DNA of 45,020 bases. It comes from a bacterium. GTDB lineage: Bacteria > Actinomycetota > Acidimicrobiia > Spongiisociales > UBA11373. Where the stretch lies: contig JABMPV010000229.1 of NCBI GenBank assembly GCA_013202595.1, positions 1 through 45,020 of the forward strand, given 5' to 3'. Below, in pieces: positions 43,297 through 45,020 of this stretch (the first letter of the stretch is position 1; each line of letters begins with the position of its first letter). The notes beneath the pieces were generated by a model, which saw only the letters and a program-made list of their open reading frames with translations, was not told the DNA's origin and ran no database searches. The position numbers and the translations under genes were made by a program.

Positions 43297-44619
43297 CTAC
43301 GGCCGGCGCCCGTAGACCAGATCGTCCGTCCACAGAGCAGCCCTTCGTGCCGCCCCCGAGCGACGGAGCGTCCAGCGGATGATGCTGTGGGCGGCGTTGT
43401 CGGGATGCGAATAGGGGCACACCGCCATGCACTTGCCACAGTCGGTGCCGATCAGGTTCCAGTACCGGAAGCACGTGTCGGCATCGAGGACCCAGCGGAG
43501 GCCGCCGTCGACCGCCTCTCTGTCCCCGAAAGGGATGGAACTGCTCGGGCAGTTCTCCGCGCACTTGAGGCAGGTCGCGCAGAAGTCGAGCACCGTCGAG
43601 TCGTCCCCCGGCCCGTCGGGGCTCAGGGGCAGGTCGGTGGTCACCACCCCCAGGCGGACTCGCGGGCCCAGGCGGGGAGTCATCAGGATGCTCCTCCGGC
43701 CGATCTCGCCGAGTCCGGCATCGACTGCGACCAGAGGGGCGATCACTTGATAGTTGCCATCGATATGGGCCCTCGCCGGGTATCCCATCTCCCTGATGGT
43801 GGCCGCCAGTTGGATGCCGATCTTGGCGGCCTCGACGTACTGGCGGGCCGATTCGGCGACCACGGGAGCCTCCGGAGCGGCCCGCATGATCCCGTGGTCC
43901 ATCTCGACGGCGAAGGCGATCGCCCAGGCGTGGGTCATCTCGATCTCGGACCCGTACTCCCCTGACCCCCGTCCCACGTGCGAGTAGACGTGATAGTCCC
44001 GCAGCAGGGTGATCCCCACGTCGACCGCCCCGTGATAGGCGGCGACCTGTTTCACCAGACGGGATGCCTCCTCCGGCCCCAACCCGGCAGCGACCGGAGC
44101 GACCGGCCCATCCACGGACTCCTTCAGCGCTTCAGTCAACTCGAACGACCCCCGCGCGGTGGCGAACGCCTCCGGTTCGGCCATGCGGGCATCATCCGAC
44201 AGCAATCCCGGCAGCGAACGGGTCCTCTCATCTCCCTGCCGGTGCCCGGGGTGAGCCGCGTAGTAGGCATCGAAGCGCTCTGTCCCCGGCTCGAGGCGCG
44301 CTCTGGCGAACACGATATCCCGTTCGTCGACCCGGCGATCAGGACGCCCGTTGGCGGGAACCGATGTGCCGATAGGAAGGAACCAGGCGACCGCGGCCGC
44401 CAGAACCAAGACGATCAACACGCCGACGGCGATACGGCGCGGACCCGCCGGGACAGCGGCCATCGCCACGAGGGTCGCTCCCACCGCAAGCCCGGCCAGC
44501 GCCGAGACGCGCGTGGCGCGGCGCTCCCCCTCGCCCTTCGAGACCAGCGCAAAGACCCACAGACAGGCCGCCAGGGCGCAGCCGACGGAGATCAGGGTGA
44601 TCGCGAAAGCGGAATCCAT
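43297..44619 (-). CDS. membrane-anchored reductive-dehalogenase-family (RdhA/QueG-like) Fe-S protein
   Basis: It has three N-terminal hydrophobic helices instead of a Tat signal. RdhA-like blocks: GAVDVGITLLRDYHVYSH, GYPARAHIDGNYQVIAPLVAVDAGLGEIGRRSILMTPRLGPRVRLGVVTTDLPL. C-terminal clusters: FCATCLKCAENCP and W..D...CFRYW....DCGKCMAVCP. Confidence 0.8.
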   Translation of the reverse strand: MDSAFAITLISVGCALAACLWVFALVSKGEGERRATRVSALAGLAVGATLVAMAAVPAGPRRIAVGVLIVLVLAAAVAWFLPIGTSVPANGRPDRRVDERDIVFARARLEPGTERFDAYYAAHPGHRQGDERTRSLPGLLSDDARMAEPEAFATARGSFELTEALKESVDGPVAPVAAGLGPEEASRLVKQVAAYHGAVDVGITLLRDYHVYSHVGRGSGEYGSEIEMTHAWAIAFAVEMDHGIMRAAPEAPVVAESARQYVEAAKIGIQLAATIREMGYPARAHIDGNYQVIAPLVAVDAGLGEIGRRSILMTPRLGPRVRLGVVTTDLPLSPDGPGDDSTVLDFCATCLKCAENCPSSSIPFGDREAVDGGLRWVLDADTCFRYWNLIGTDCGKCMAVCPYSHPDNAAHSIIRWTLRRSGAARRAALWTDDLVYGRRP

Positions 44620-44657
44620 TTGTCGGTCGAGCCACCAGTGCCAGCAAGGGCCTCAGC

Positions 44658-45020
44658 TCAGGCGGCGGTTGCCCGCAGCATCCACGCCGTCTTCTCATGG
44701 GTGTCGATGCGGACCGTCGCCAGATCGGCTGTGGCCACATCGCCGGCCGCCTCGGCAACCGCGACGACTGCGCGAGCCGTCCGGGCCGCCGTCTCATGGC
44801 CAGATGCGAGCGCCCGGACCATCTCCATCGCCTCGGTGGTGCCCACACCCTCTGGAACCGACGTCAGAGCGGCGAACTCGGTGAAGCTGCCCGGGGAGGG
44901 GTACCCGAGTGCGCGGATGCGCTCGGCGATCAAGTCGACCGCGTCCCGCAGTTCGACGTACTGCTCCTCGAACATGAGATGCAGGCTGCGGAACATGGGG
45001 CCGGTCACGTTCCAGTGGAA
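44658..45020 (-). CDS. dps: Dps-family DNA-protection/ferritin-like protein (partial; 5' end beyond the window edge)
   Basis: The frame stays open upstream of the track's Met to the window end (…FHWNVTGPMFRSLHLMFEEQYVELRDAVDLIAERIRALG…). HWNV.G..F..LH..FEE is the Dps ferroxidase-site signature. Confidence 0.85.
   Translation of the reverse strand, partial: FHWNVTGPMFRSLHLMFEEQYVELRDAVDLIAERIRALGYPSPGSFTEFAALTSVPEGVGTTEAMEMVRALASGHETAARTARAVVAVAEAAGDVATADLATVRIDTHEKTAWMLRATAA

Overview
High-GC, densely coding chromosomal segment with actinobacterial hallmarks: an Actinobacteria-type Tad/Flp locus, a membrane-fused HdrD/DsrMK-like Fe-S reductase and a FadE5-like acyl-CoA dehydrogenase. The lineage call is inference. 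I call about 50 CDS, one SAM-I riboswitch with its terminator, and a few short repeats or operator-like palindromes. I saw no rRNA, tRNA, CRISPR array, transposase, integrase, phage gene or recognisable defence gene. Layout, left to right: partial amidohydrolase (-); GGDEF cyclase; a ten-gene Tad/Flp pilus operon (1920-7667), chained by ATGA/GTGA start-stop overlaps and including a 59-aa Flp prepilin too short for the ORF track; lacI-amylosucrase operon (-); DUF2332, redoxin-like, DUF547 and membrane genes; pheA, an orphan SPPY DNA methyltransferase and a membrane protein (-); GGDEF-EAL protein; DUF2007-like and YdcF-like (-); MalF/MalG-like permeases; a minus-strand run of TPM-domain protein, PspA, SAM-methyltransferase, DsrMK-like reductase and zinc-ribbon protein; proC overlapping a proline dehydrogenase (-); VOC, DNA-alkylation-repair and GNAT genes; SAM-I riboswitch, metY, metX; GNAT, EEP-family and FadE5-like genes (-) divergent from a TetR gene; lipoprotein, methyltransferase-fold protein, PatB/MalY-like lyase, serine hydrolase, a membrane-anchored reductive-dehalogenase-like protein and a partial dps. 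Many long track ORFs are high-GC shadow frames or carry spurious N-terminal extensions, and I trimmed starts where overlap coupling or family N-termini supported it. I do not see a clear-cut novel multi-gene system such as a defence island. The most unusual items are: the tandem 14-nt mini-ORF/palindrome array at the GGDEF gene start (533-574); uncharacterised accessories and the missing prepilin peptidase of the Tad locus; the TPM-PspA module with an extreme Ser/Arg tail; the translationally coupled proC-PRODH pair; a triplicated 3'-end repeat at 22829-22895; and the membrane-anchored RdhA-like protein.
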